Shown: positions 37,597 through 47,005 of the stretch, one piece after another
Position numbering within the stretch: the stretch's first letter is position 1
How the letters are laid out: each line of letters begins with the position of its first letter
Source: Spirochaetales bacterium
Lineage (GTDB): Bacteria > Spirochaetota > Spirochaetia > SZUA-6 > DRHE01
Direction of reading: 5' to 3'
DNA length: 64,000 bases
Assembly (NCBI GenBank): GCA_030604195.1
Contig: JAUVWI010000001.1
Location: 28,952 to 92,951, forward strand
Program-made: the position numbers and the translations under genes
The notes under the pieces: generated by a model
The model's input: only the letters and a program-made list of their open reading frames with translations
What the model was told of the DNA's origin: nothing
The model's database searches: none

Positions 37597-38712
37597 CTAT
37601 TTCAGTTCGATCTTTCCGGAACCGGAACCATCTGAGTACTCAAACTCCATGTAGAGTTCATCATCTTCATAAGAAGGCAGATCATACTTATATTTTAGGA
37701 AGAAAGGTCCGCATATCTCTTTTCCTATAACCTTTTCAAGTTCCGTTTTCATATCCTTCCCGAAGAAAGTATTGAAAACAAGGTACTCTGTTTCAGTGCG
37801 TGAAAGATTTGGATTCCATGTCTCGCTCAGAATGATGAGCCACTGGTTATCTTTTGAAATTTCGCTAATAGATAAACCGGTATCTTCATTATCAGCCTTG
37901 CATAGAGTTACAGGGCCATGCTTTCCTGTGACCATGATTATTTGATCATAATCCTTACTCTCATAGACTTTTTTTATTTCTGTATTTTTATAATCATGCG
38001 AATTGCCTATATAGCGGTCATTGAAAAATATTTCAGATATGCAGGTATCCTCCCATTTACTCCCCTTGTAAACAGCCAATATTTCAATTTTCAAAATCCA
38101 TTTTACCTGGGGCGGCTCAGGCGGAGCAGGCATATCTTTCCTGTAACCTGCGTTTTTAAAATCTTCCAGGCACCTTTTCTTGAAAGCAGTCAATTTTTTC
38201 ATATCCCTGAAAGGGAAGTCGAAATGTTGTAAAGCAATCGAATCCTTCAGGGTAATAATGTACTCATCTTCATATTTTACGGCCTTATAGTGTGAAGAAT
38301 ATTGACCCTCGAAGGCATCTTCAACACCCAGAAAATAGCTTAAGCCTATTTCCCTGGGGCGATTATTCTTATGAAAAAGAGAGAGGTTTTGGCCGTAGCC
38401 GGAATACAAATTGATTGTCCTGGTCTCTTCAGGCGTAGCAATAAAAATATATTCACCTATACCATCGCCCTTTACACCCTCAACCCAGGCTGTTTTAATT
38501 TCTTTGTCAATAATGTGACCAATATCATATTTACCGAATTCCCCTGGAAAGGCCATGTCGAGCTCTGAAGACCTGTTGAAGAGTCTTCCCCAGTAGCCGA
38601 GCAGGTCAATCTCTACCCACTCTTCCAAAGCAGCTCCTGTCGGTTCCGGCCAGGCAAAGCATCCGGGAATTAGTAATAAGGAAATAAATAATATTAGAGT
38701 TTTGTTTCTCAT
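37597..38712 (-). CDS. Secreted protein with a discoidin-like/NADase-type glycan-binding domain
   Basis: Signal peptide; TAWVEGVKGDGIGEYI, NNRPREI, EILAVYKGSKWEDTCISEIFF. Confidence 0.7.
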   Translation of the reverse strand: MRNKTLILFISLLLIPGCFAWPEPTGAALEEWVEIDLLGYWGRLFNRSSELDMAFPGEFGKYDIGHIIDKEIKTAWVEGVKGDGIGEYIFIATPEETRTINLYSGYGQNLSLFHKNNRPREIGLSYFLGVEDAFEGQYSSHYKAVKYEDEYIITLKDSIALQHFDFPFRDMKKLTAFKKRCLEDFKNAGYRKDMPAPPEPPQVKWILKIEILAVYKGSKWEDTCISEIFFNDRYIGNSHDYKNTEIKKVYESKDYDQIIMVTGKHGPVTLCKADNEDTGLSISEISKDNQWLIILSETWNPNLSRTETEYLVFNTFFGKDMKTELEKVIGKEICGPFFLKYKYDLPSYEDDELYMEFEYSDGSGSGKIELK

Positions 38713-38764
38713 GCTGCCTCCCTGATGGTATCGGTATTTAAAACTATATCACAGAAAAGACGAG

Positions 38765-39292
38765 TCACTCCTTCTGGTAATTGATCAGAGTTGTTATCGA
38801 ATAACCGGAGAGGATTTCCTGATAATTGAGAAAGGGAAGACCCACCACTGCCAGAATACCCGCTACTTCGGCTCCCCTCATCTCCAGCAGGGAACAGGCA
38901 GCCTTCAAGGTTCCGCCGGTGGCAATAAGATCGTCAACCAGCAGTATCTTCTGCCCCGTAGAAATATCATCTCTATGCATTTCCAGCACATCTTCACCAT
39001 ATTCCAGATTGAAGCTGATCTGCAGGGTCTCTCCGGGCAGTTTTCCCTTTTTGCGCATTAGAATGAGCGGCAGCTCCATTGCCAGGGCCAGAGGAGAGGC
39101 AAAGATAAAACCCCTGGACTCTACGGCAGCTATGCCTTGAATATCTCTGCCCTGAAATAACTCCAGCATCCTGTCCAGGCAGAAACGGAAGGCCTCGGGT
39201 TGTATAAGTATGCCGGTTATATCATAAAATAAGATCCCTGGTTTTGGAAAATCAGGTATCTTGCGAATGGCTTTATCAAGATCATATTCCAT
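38765..39292 (-). CDS. apt: Adenine phosphoribosyltransferase
   Basis: Motifs PDFPKPGILFYDIT, ESRGF, RKKGKLPG, LEYG, VDDLIATGGT. Confidence 0.97.
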   Translation of the reverse strand: MEYDLDKAIRKIPDFPKPGILFYDITGILIQPEAFRFCLDRMLELFQGRDIQGIAAVESRGFIFASPLALAMELPLILMRKKGKLPGETLQISFNLEYGEDVLEMHRDDISTGQKILLVDDLIATGGTLKAACSLLEMRGAEVAGILAVVGLPFLNYQEILSGYSITTLINYQKE

Positions 39293-39728
39293 ATTTTACA
39301 GTCATTTCCTTAAATTTACCGGACAGCTCTTCAATCCAGTTTTTGATCTCCGCTTTACGCTCTTTCGCGTCCCTGGCTGACAGAAAAAGCTCCGGGCCCA
39401 TTACTGCTTCCGAATCATTAAGCACCTCTTTAAAAGCCTTCAGAGTATCGGAAGTGCTGACCGTGCAGAAACCGGCCAGCCGGCCGGCCAGATTTACACC
39501 ATTCAGCGCCCGCAGAATATCGGAAAAATCGGAATGAATCGGGGAACTTCCGGAAGAATTAGCTGCCAGAATCAAGATTTCGGCAGCTGCAATGTCCGGA
39601 ATTCCAGCCTGGGAAGCGCTCTTAATGATTACCTTGAAACTTTTGGAATTAAAGGAATTTTTTATTATTTCAGCCAGCCCCTTAAGTTCGCTCTCCTGCG
39701 GAGCATAGATTATTGCAACATTAAACAT
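39282..39728 (-). CDS. Flavodoxin-fold protein (degenerate FMN loop)
   Basis: Flavodoxin-like pattern VAIIY...DIAAAEILILA...NLAGRLAGF; no SxTGNT loop. Confidence 0.65.
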   Translation of the reverse strand: MFNVAIIYAPQESELKGLAEIIKNSFNSKSFKVIIKSASQAGIPDIAAAEILILAANSSGSSPIHSDFSDILRALNGVNLAGRLAGFCTVSTSDTLKAFKEVLNDSEAVMGPELFLSARDAKERKAEIKNWIEELSGKFKEMTVKYGI

Positions 39729-39804
39729 GAATTCCTCCCAGCCAATAATTGCCGCCCCGCAAATATCCGGGACAAAACTACTAAGATAACAGCAGGATAC
39801 CAGG

Positions 39805-41127
39805 CTATAGCTGTATCCTCCAGCCTAATCTGAACTCTCCTAACTTTACCAGGAGGTCCCTGATAAAAGTTACATCACCGAAAATATCGCTTAATATAAT
39901 GATATTACGGTAGGGATCATCGCCGTTGATACCGCTTACCGGCATGTCCCACTGCCTTAAGGATATCTTAATCCTGTTTTCCAGGAAAAAGCGTATCTTC
40001 CTGCTGCGTGAGAACTCAAAAAGGGTTCCCAGATTGAGACCATAGGGGAAAAAGGGGTGCAGCTCAGCCGTTCCATTCGGCGGGAAATAAAAGCGTGCAA
40101 AAGCGCCAACAGATAATGCTAAACGAAAAAAGGAGTCCGCAGGGAATAGATAGCAGCCAATATCCAGAGACAGCATTATATTCCGGGAGTCCCAGTCCCA
40201 CTCATCAACATCAAAGGGCGGCAGAATCCTGAAAAAAGAGGCTTCGCCCCTGAACTCGGTAAAAAGAAAACCGCGCACCGGAAAATAATATAATCCCAAC
40301 CCGCTAAAATTATCGAAATTCATAAGCAGCTCCGCGCCGAAACGGGCGGCGGGATTCTGCTTAACAGCCACGGTAAGAGGTTCTTTATCTACAAAAAAAC
40401 CCAGCTCCTCCGGATAGTGTTTTTTCCTGGTTACTCTTACCTGGTAGGTTGCGCCCCCGGGCACCTCAAGGGACACCCTGCCCTCTTCGGGAATAATGAG
40501 CTGCTCTTTGGTAAGACCGCTGATCCTGGTGCCGGGGAGAGCCTCAATAGTCAGGGGCACCCCTACGATCTTCTCAACCACCTGCACCTCGCTCACTTTC
40601 CTGATAATCTCTTCCACAACAATTCTCTGAGCCCGGGGCGGCAGGGATTCCTCGACAGCTCCAACCAGCTCCTGCCATAGAGCACTCTCAAGCTCCTGAA
40701 GCCTATTTGAACCATTGAAGCTCTTTTCCCATAGCAGGTTTTCACCGGAAATATCAAATAAACTTGCTGTAATATCGAGTTGATTATCCTGTGGCTGAAC
40801 CTTTACCAGCAGCCAGCAGTCAGCTTTGTATTCGGAAGCTATGGCTCCCCTTTCCTCCACAGATTGGGGCAGAGGCTCGCTTTGCTCGCTTTGCTCGCTT
40901 TGCGCGCTTTGCGCGCTTCCTACGCCCTCTACTATTATCACCCCTGTTTTTGCGGCCAGATTGGCGACCAGGCTCTCTTCAAGCATGATCTGCTCCCTCT
41001 GGTTCAGCTCTTCACCGCTCTCAAAGAAGATAAATAAGCGTCTGGGAATGAGAATTTCACCATCGGCAAAGAGGCTGATTGAAAAAACTAGAAATAATGT
41101 AGCGAATAGCGCTGCTTTCTTATTCAT
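39805..41127 (-). CDS. Secreted multidomain protein, probable outer-membrane beta-barrel C-terminus
   Basis: Signal peptide; TolB-N/FlgO-like segment; PEGA-like segment; amphipathic strands ending FRLGWRIQL. Paralog of 41993-43291. Confidence 0.75.
   Translation of the reverse strand: MNKKAALFATLFLVFSISLFADGEILIPRRLFIFFESGEELNQREQIMLEESLVANLAAKTGVIIVEGVGSAQSAQSEQSEQSEPLPQSVEERGAIASEYKADCWLLVKVQPQDNQLDITASLFDISGENLLWEKSFNGSNRLQELESALWQELVGAVEESLPPRAQRIVVEEIIRKVSEVQVVEKIVGVPLTIEALPGTRISGLTKEQLIIPEEGRVSLEVPGGATYQVRVTRKKHYPEELGFFVDKEPLTVAVKQNPAARFGAELLMNFDNFSGLGLYYFPVRGFLFTEFRGEASFFRILPPFDVDEWDWDSRNIMLSLDIGCYLFPADSFFRLALSVGAFARFYFPPNGTAELHPFFPYGLNLGTLFEFSRSRKIRFFLENRIKISLRQWDMPVSGINGDDPYRNIIILSDIFGDVTFIRDLLVKLGEFRLGWRIQL
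40875..40919 (+). repeat. 9-bp tandem repeat x5 (GCTCGCTTT/GCGCGCTTT), encoding SAQSAQSEQSEQSE
   Basis: Read directly from the sequence. Confidence 0.9.
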
Positions 41128-41129
41128 CT

Positions 41130-41999
41130 CTACCACCAGGTATTGCAGCGATATAGGGTTTTATTACCGCCGTTAAAATAATAGAAGGTATTGCCGTCAA
41201 TATCATAGGCGCTGGCAAATGGTTCCACCCTGCCGCCATATATGGCTTTTTTCTCTTCGCCTGAAAGCAGATCAAAGAGCTGGGATTTGCTCTGAGTGGT
41301 TACTACATAGCCGTCACGGGTGTAGTGGAACTCGGGGTCATGATCTACTCCTTCCAGAGTGATCGGCGACAGTAGTATCATTGTGTTGGCTAGATCTGTG
41401 CTGCTTATTACCTGCGCTTCATCATTATCACCATCCCAATTCCGGAAAAATAGATAGCCCATGGCAGAGAGATCGTCATAAGCGATGGCTTCCAGGTTCA
41501 TTCCCGGGGTGATCGGTACGGTATTTGCTCCGACATCACCACTTCTATCCAATGTACCAAGGGAAGGGTCGGTATTAAATACAACAACACCTAGCGGATC
41601 ATAATAACCAACCCCCCAGGAATTATAACCGCTTGGCGGCGGATTAGCTGTAAAATCAGGCGGATCATCAATATACCATTCGTCACCAATAAAATATTGG
41701 CCAACGGTCGGGCTATATACCCCCAGCCTGCCGTAATTACCGGTATACTCCTTCAGCACATTCAGGTTACTGTCCAGAATTATCAGCCTCTGCTCCTCTA
41801 TGGTTAGAAAAAGGTAGTTGTTGAGCAGGTGAAGCCTGTAGACCTCGTGCCAGTCGGAATCTACACTTCCAACCCTATCGCTTAAGTCCACCATATCTTC
41901 CACAAAGGGCAGGTATGCAGGAAAGGGAGAGCCGAAAATAAAGGCACAGCCTGTCAGCGCCAGGCTGAAAGTAAGTAAAATTAATATTTTCTTTACCAT
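41130..41999 (-). CDS. Hypothetical lipoprotein, beta-rich and acidic
   Basis: Lipobox LALTGC. Start overlaps the upstream gene's stop; its own stop lies 2 nt before the next ATG. Confidence 0.8.
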   Translation of the reverse strand: MVKKILILLTFSLALTGCAFIFGSPFPAYLPFVEDMVDLSDRVGSVDSDWHEVYRLHLLNNYLFLTIEEQRLIILDSNLNVLKEYTGNYGRLGVYSPTVGQYFIGDEWYIDDPPDFTANPPPSGYNSWGVGYYDPLGVVVFNTDPSLGTLDRSGDVGANTVPITPGMNLEAIAYDDLSAMGYLFFRNWDGDNDEAQVISSTDLANTMILLSPITLEGVDHDPEFHYTRDGYVVTTQSKSQLFDLLSGEEKKAIYGGRVEPFASAYDIDGNTFYYFNGGNKTLYRCNTWW

Positions 42000-43291
42000 T
42001 TCGTTACCGCTCCAATCGTCAAAACCGGGCCACCCCCGGAGAAATCACCTGTGCCTATCAGATTATTTCCCCAGCCCAGGGCATACCTCATGTCCATCCG
42101 GTAGAAGTATGACCTGTGGCTGAAATTCGCCTCCAGCCATAAACCAAAGACATTCCAGTAAAAATCGGTAAAAATGGGATTATCCATATTGCTATACAAA
42201 CTGAAATCAGTAAAGAGGGTAATAATAGCGCCCAAACCGGTGTTTACCATAACCCGGAAACGGGAACTGGGGGGAAAGAAAACATAGTGGCCGACCTGGA
42301 GCATAAAATCGTTATGCACTAAGGGCCTGGCATTGGGGTTCAGGAAGGGATACTGCAGATAGAGATAGTCGGCCGCCCTGACTAAAAATTGATCAGGTTT
42401 AATATAATAACGGTAAGCGGCGCCCAGCCCCAGCATCTGCATGGAGGTATATTCAAGCTCCATGCCGCGCTTGGCAATGGGGATAAGCGGTCTTAATTTA
42501 ATACGTTTATCCCTGTCTCCCAGCTTGAAAATTTGCCGATCCGGGTGATATCCCTCTTTCCGGTTCACTATTACCAGCTCGGTATCGGCTTTAGTATTAA
42601 AGGAGAGCTTGCCGTTGGTTATGCGGCCGGCCAGATGGTCTCCGGCCAGCAGGATCTCGGCCCCTTCATCCTCTGCCCGGGCAAGAAGAGTGACCCGGAT
42701 CAACCTGCCCATTTCCGAGAACTCTTCCTCATAGGTAATATCCTTTACCACCCTCTCCTCTTGAATGGTAACTACCTCCTGTGGCAGAGGTCTGATATCC
42801 TCTTTGAGCGCGGGGATTAACTCCGCGGCCGCTTCATTTATCAGGGTGTAAACATGGAGCCCGGCCCTGCCGCTTTTTACTACGGCTCCGGTTAACCTTC
42901 CCGTTGCCGTGTCGTAGCTCTTTAATGAGAAGAGTAGTCTGCCCCGATCAACCCTGACAAAACCGCTGATTACCAGGTCAGCCCCAAGCCTTCGCCCCAG
43001 GCTGACAGCATTGGCTCCACGCAGCAGATCTGTATCACTGAACTGCTCTCTCTTTTTTATTTCCTGCCATTCATTAACCGGGATAACACTGAAATCAACC
43101 AGATTGAGCTCTACCCGCATGGCATCGGTAATCACGTACCGGAAGAGATCCCATTTTCCAGTCTCAGAGAGACTCGCCTGCAGCAGAATACAGACTCTAT
43201 CCTTTGCTTCCTCCTCAGAGTAAAGAGAAGCTTCGCTGATAATAATCAGTAAAAAGATAATAATGATATTTCTGCATGTGTGCCTAAACAA
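41993..43291 (-). CDS. Secreted multidomain protein, probable outer-membrane beta-barrel C-terminus
   Basis: Signal peptide; GRRLGADLVISG (TolB-N/FlgO/CsgG-like); RKEGYHP (PEGA-like); strands ending LTIGAVTKW. Confidence 0.78.
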   Translation of the reverse strand: MFRHTCRNIIIIFLLIIISEASLYSEEEAKDRVCILLQASLSETGKWDLFRYVITDAMRVELNLVDFSVIPVNEWQEIKKREQFSDTDLLRGANAVSLGRRLGADLVISGFVRVDRGRLLFSLKSYDTATGRLTGAVVKSGRAGLHVYTLINEAAAELIPALKEDIRPLPQEVVTIQEERVVKDITYEEEFSEMGRLIRVTLLARAEDEGAEILLAGDHLAGRITNGKLSFNTKADTELVIVNRKEGYHPDRQIFKLGDRDKRIKLRPLIPIAKRGMELEYTSMQMLGLGAAYRYYIKPDQFLVRAADYLYLQYPFLNPNARPLVHNDFMLQVGHYVFFPPSSRFRVMVNTGLGAIITLFTDFSLYSNMDNPIFTDFYWNVFGLWLEANFSHRSYFYRMDMRYALGWGNNLIGTGDFSGGGPVLTIGAVTKW

Positions 43292-43474
43292 TAAAACTTC
43301 CTTACTTTAGCATATCTTTACTTTAATTATATAATTATATATACGATAAATCCATCGGCTTTTTATGTCAAGTTGATAAAGCCTTCAAGTTTTTTCCGGC
43401 AACCGGTAAGTCGAGCCAAAGCACTAATTTTACAATCTTGAAATTATCAGCTCAATAACCTATTCTTTATACCC

Positions 43475-44177
43475 ATGACAAGAATATTGCCCGTTGCCAG
43501 TGGCAAAGGCGGAGTAGGAAAATCAATATTTGTTGCCAATTTGGGGGTGTCTCTTGCCGCCCGCGGAAAAACCGTTATCCTGATCGACCTCGACCTGGGC
43601 GGCTCAAATTTGCATACCTGCCTGGGAATTAAGAACAGATATTCAGGGTTGGGCGGCTTTATATATAAAAAAGAAGAGAGCCTGGAGGCGCTGCTGGTAG
43701 AGACTGAAATAGAAAGACTCTATTTCATTCCCGGAGATTCATTACTACCCGGCACCGCCAACCTGCCCTTCTTCATGAAACAGAAGATAATCAGAGGCAT
43801 AGGCAAATTAATGGCCGATTATATAATACTTGATCTCTCCGCCGGCAGCACTTATAACATAATTGACTTTTTCCTGTTATCTTTTTCCGGCATTCTGATT
43901 ACCATTCCGGAGTCTTGCAATCGGCAGGAACCTTCGAAATATCAGCAGAAAGAATATGGGCTGTGAATTGGAATATATCGGTTTTATTCCCAGGGAAGAG
44001 CGCATCCACCGTTCCATAATACAACGCCGGCCCTTTTTCATCTCAGAGCCCGGCTCCCGGTTTTCCCGATCCATCGATCTTATTGCCCGCAAACTCATAT
44101 CCACACCACAAATATCCACACCGAGATTACCGATAGATAATGATGACCTGTCTGAGCTGAGTAATACGATTTTCTAA
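43475..44177 (+). pseudogene. MinD/FlhG/ParA-family ATPase disrupted by an internal deletion and frameshift near 43913
   Basis: SGKGGVGKS, DLDLGGSNL and IILDLSAG present. After ITIPE the family-like sequence resumes in another frame (LAIGRNLRNISRKNMGCELEYIGFIP). Confidence 0.8.
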
Positions 44178-44186
44178 GAACTTATT

Positions 44187-45200
44187 TCATGGATAGCCCC
44201 GGCGGAACCCGGGCACCCTTGCCTGGGCGTTCAGCTTCAAATCCGACTCTCTGCCCTGGCTTAGAAAATGATATCCCAATCCGGCAATCATGGCCGCATT
44301 ATCAGTACATAGTTTCATAGAGGGAAATATTACCTCTAAATCCTCTTCCTCCGAAAGACGTTTCCGTAAATAACTGTTAGCTGCAACTCCACCGCCGGCT
44401 ACGACCATCTTTAAACCGGTGGCTGACGAAGCCTTGAGAACACGATCCACCAGCATATCGATTGCCATTCTCTGGAAAGAAGCTGCAATATTTTCCTTGC
44501 TCTTTTCATAATCCCGGTTCCAGAATTGATCCAACTGGTTTACAACTGCTGTTTTCAAGCCTGAATAAGAGACATCAAAGAGATGATCGCCCTTGTGTAA
44601 TGAGGGTTTCGGGAAATTGAAAGCCCGGTCATCCCCTTTAACTGCTAAGCGATCAATGGCTGCGCCGCCGGGAAAACCGAGATCATAATACTTGGCTACT
44701 TTGTCAAAGGCTTCACCGCAGGCATCATCAATAGTAGTACCCAGTACTTCAAATTTCTCAAAACTGTGCACCAGGGCAATCAGGGTATGACCTCCTGAAA
44801 CTAAAAGTCCTAAGTGTGGGTAGGTGAGATCATACTCGAGATGGGCCGCATAAAGATGGGCCAGGATATGATCGATGCCGATAAAGGGTTTCCTAAGCGA
44901 CATGGCCAGACCCTTGACATAGGAAAGCCCGACCAGGAGTGAACCTATAAGTCCCGGCCGGCAGGTAACGGCTAATCCATCAAGATCTTCCATAGCCACA
45001 CCGGAATCAGAAATTGCGGCTGCCACTACCGGTTCAATTGTTTCCAGATGCTTGCGTGATGCAATCTCAGGAACCACGCCGTAAAAGGGTTGATGGTATT
45101 TAACTTGCGAGTATATTATATTGCTTAATATTTTTTTACCCTTCTCAACTACGGCGGCGGCGCACTCATCACAGGAGGATTCAATCCCCAGAATTATCAT
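44187..45200 (-). CDS. tsaD: tRNA threonylcarbamoyladenosine synthase subunit TsaD
   Basis: Motifs LGIESSCDE, GVVPEIASRKH, HILAH, VSGGHT, DDACGEAFDK, CTDNAAMIA. Confidence 0.98.
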   Translation of the reverse strand: MIILGIESSCDECAAAVVEKGKKILSNIIYSQVKYHQPFYGVVPEIASRKHLETIEPVVAAAISDSGVAMEDLDGLAVTCRPGLIGSLLVGLSYVKGLAMSLRKPFIGIDHILAHLYAAHLEYDLTYPHLGLLVSGGHTLIALVHSFEKFEVLGTTIDDACGEAFDKVAKYYDLGFPGGAAIDRLAVKGDDRAFNFPKPSLHKGDHLFDVSYSGLKTAVVNQLDQFWNRDYEKSKENIAASFQRMAIDMLVDRVLKASSATGLKMVVAGGGVAANSYLRKRLSEEEDLEVIFPSMKLCTDNAAMIAGLGYHFLSQGRESDLKLNAQARVPGFRRGYP

Positions 45201-46074
45201 TTGCCATAATCCCCTTTAAAGAAAGTAATCTACTTAGAGTTATCATCTTGATGCTTCTCCTTGCCAGAAGCGGATAGAGCTTTGCCAGGACCTCTGCCAC
45301 AGCCGGGTTCTGCGCATGACCGATCAAGATAGCTGAGCCCTGGCTGCCGGCTATTTCCATGCCCTTTAAGAACTGTTGCTTAACTGCCTCTTGTTGCGGA
45401 TCATTGTCAAGAAATACATCTCTCACTAAATAGGGCACTCCCAGCTTAAGAGCCTCCTCCAGGGCAACAGAATCGGTTGTGGTTTTGCTGTCCAGAAAAA
45501 ATTTATTGTGGTTTTTCAAATAGAGCATGACCTCAGCCATTACTCTATGATCTGAGGTAACTTTAGAACCCATATGATTATTTGTGCCGGCGGCCCCGGG
45601 CACAAAAGAAAAATTGCTGCTTAATATAGCATCAATCTCCTCAGCAGGGTGAGTTGAAAGAATAGCGCCGGGCCCGGGGTCCTCACCACTGAGCGCTTCC
45701 ATGGGGCAGTGGAGTATAACCTCCTTGCCCGATTTCGTCACCTCCCTAACGGCATCCCGACTCATGGGGAGTCCCGGAAGCACAGATACGGTAAAGGCAG
45801 GCGACAATTTTAAAAGTTCGCTTAGATTAGTCATGTTATAACCGGCATCATCGATTACCAGGCAGATATAGGACCATTCCACAGGCTTTTCCGGGGGAGC
45901 AGCCGGTGCAAGATCCCTCTCTTCAACAGGCTCGGGCTTTTTTTCTGCGCGTGGAAGGAGGAGGAGAATAATTATGAGCATTACTGTGATCAGAAAAAGC
46001 AGAAGAACTGCTCTGCTCGCTGTGCGCGCTTTGCTGACTTTGTTTGCTTTACTGCTTTTGCGCTTTTGCTGCAT
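45181..46074 (-). CDS. Divergent polysaccharide deacetylase (YibQ family), membrane anchored
   Basis: Motifs VIDDAG, HCPMEA, NNHMGS, FLDSKT, RDVFLDN, IGH. Confidence 0.92.
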   Translation of the reverse strand: MQQKRKSSKANKVSKARTASRAVLLLFLITVMLIIILLLLPRAEKKPEPVEERDLAPAAPPEKPVEWSYICLVIDDAGYNMTNLSELLKLSPAFTVSVLPGLPMSRDAVREVTKSGKEVILHCPMEALSGEDPGPGAILSTHPAEEIDAILSSNFSFVPGAAGTNNHMGSKVTSDHRVMAEVMLYLKNHNKFFLDSKTTTDSVALEEALKLGVPYLVRDVFLDNDPQQEAVKQQFLKGMEIAGSQGSAILIGHAQNPAVAEVLAKLYPLLARRSIKMITLSRLLSLKGIMANDNSGD

Positions 46075-46120
46075 GAGGCAATGTTAGCTATTGCCATTCT
46101 TTGGTCAAGGGACTGCTTAT

Positions 46121-46966
46121 TTAGTTATAAACATAGTTCTTCAGATCAACCGCGTTTTTCCTCAGCTTCTTTAAGGCCCGTATCTCGATCTGCCGCACTG
46201 TTTCAGGAGATATACCCAGCCGCGCTCCGATTTTCTTAAGAGTATACTTCTTGCCTCCGTAAAAGGAGAAACGGTAGAGCAGAATCTGTTTCTCCTTTTC
46301 CATTAGCGTCTCCAGGAAGCGCCGGGTATCCTCTTTGAGGCTGTTGTCCATCAACTCTCTATCCGGGTTATATGAATTATCTTCTATCAAATCCTGCAAA
46401 GTTCCAGTTTCGTCATTGGCTGAACAATTTAGAGATACTATCGAATTAGACACATTTATGATCTTAGTTACTTCCTCTTCTTTAAAACCAAGTTCCCCGG
46501 CAATTTCCGCTACAGTGGGCGTACGCATTAATTTCTGGCACAACTGGTTGTATGTTTTATTGATCTTACGCAATTTTTCTTCTTTTCGATGAGGCAAACG
46601 AATTACCCGGCGTTTGTTGGAAAGAGCGCGGGCTATAGATTGCTTGATCCACCATGAGGCATAGGTGCTGAAGCGCACCTTTTTGTGATAATCGTATTTG
46701 GAGGCTGCCGTAATAAGACCCATATTACCTTCCTGGATCAAATCCATGAGGGAAAATTCCGGGGTCATGTAGGCCTTTGCTATCCGTACCACCAGGCGAA
46801 GATTGGCCTCAATCAGCCGCTGGCGCGCCTCTGTATTGCCCTGCCGGATCAGTCTGGAGAGTTCCAGTTCCTGGTTATAGGTAAGCAGCTCTATTTTCTT
46901 GATTTGATTGAAATAAGTGTATAAGGAATCCTGCCTGTTGCTTCCTTTTTCTATCTTGCTGACCAT
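46121..46966 (-). CDS. RpoS-like group-2 sigma70 factor
   Basis: Motifs ANLRLVV, DLIQEGNMGL, RFSTYASWWIKQSI, ETVRQIE; no region 1.1. Start at ATG 46966 after AGGAG. Gene context matches Borrelia rpoS as I recall it. Confidence 0.88.
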   Translation of the reverse strand: MVSKIEKGSNRQDSLYTYFNQIKKIELLTYNQELELSRLIRQGNTEARQRLIEANLRLVVRIAKAYMTPEFSLMDLIQEGNMGLITAASKYDYHKKVRFSTYASWWIKQSIARALSNKRRVIRLPHRKEEKLRKINKTYNQLCQKLMRTPTVAEIAGELGFKEEEVTKIINVSNSIVSLNCSANDETGTLQDLIEDNSYNPDRELMDNSLKEDTRRFLETLMEKEKQILLYRFSFYGGKKYTLKKIGARLGISPETVRQIEIRALKKLRKNAVDLKNYVYN

Positions 46967-46987
46967 AATCAACTCCTGATTATATAT

Positions 46988-47005
46988 AAGCAAGTTTAAT
47001 GCCAA
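46988..47005 (-). promoter_or_regulatory. sigma54 (-24/-12) promoter upstream of the rpoS-like gene
   Basis: Minus strand TTGGCATTAAACTTGCTT, with exact GG-N10-GC spacing. Confidence 0.8.

Noticed and set aside
46020-46074. Low-complexity GCTTT-rich stretch at the deacetylase 5' end
   Set aside because: It simply encodes a basic cytoplasmic tail (KRKSSKANKVSKAR). The repeats are too degenerate to call.
46967-47005. TTG-started extension of the sigma factor
   Set aside because: It overlaps the sigma54 box, and the RBS supports ATG 46966.
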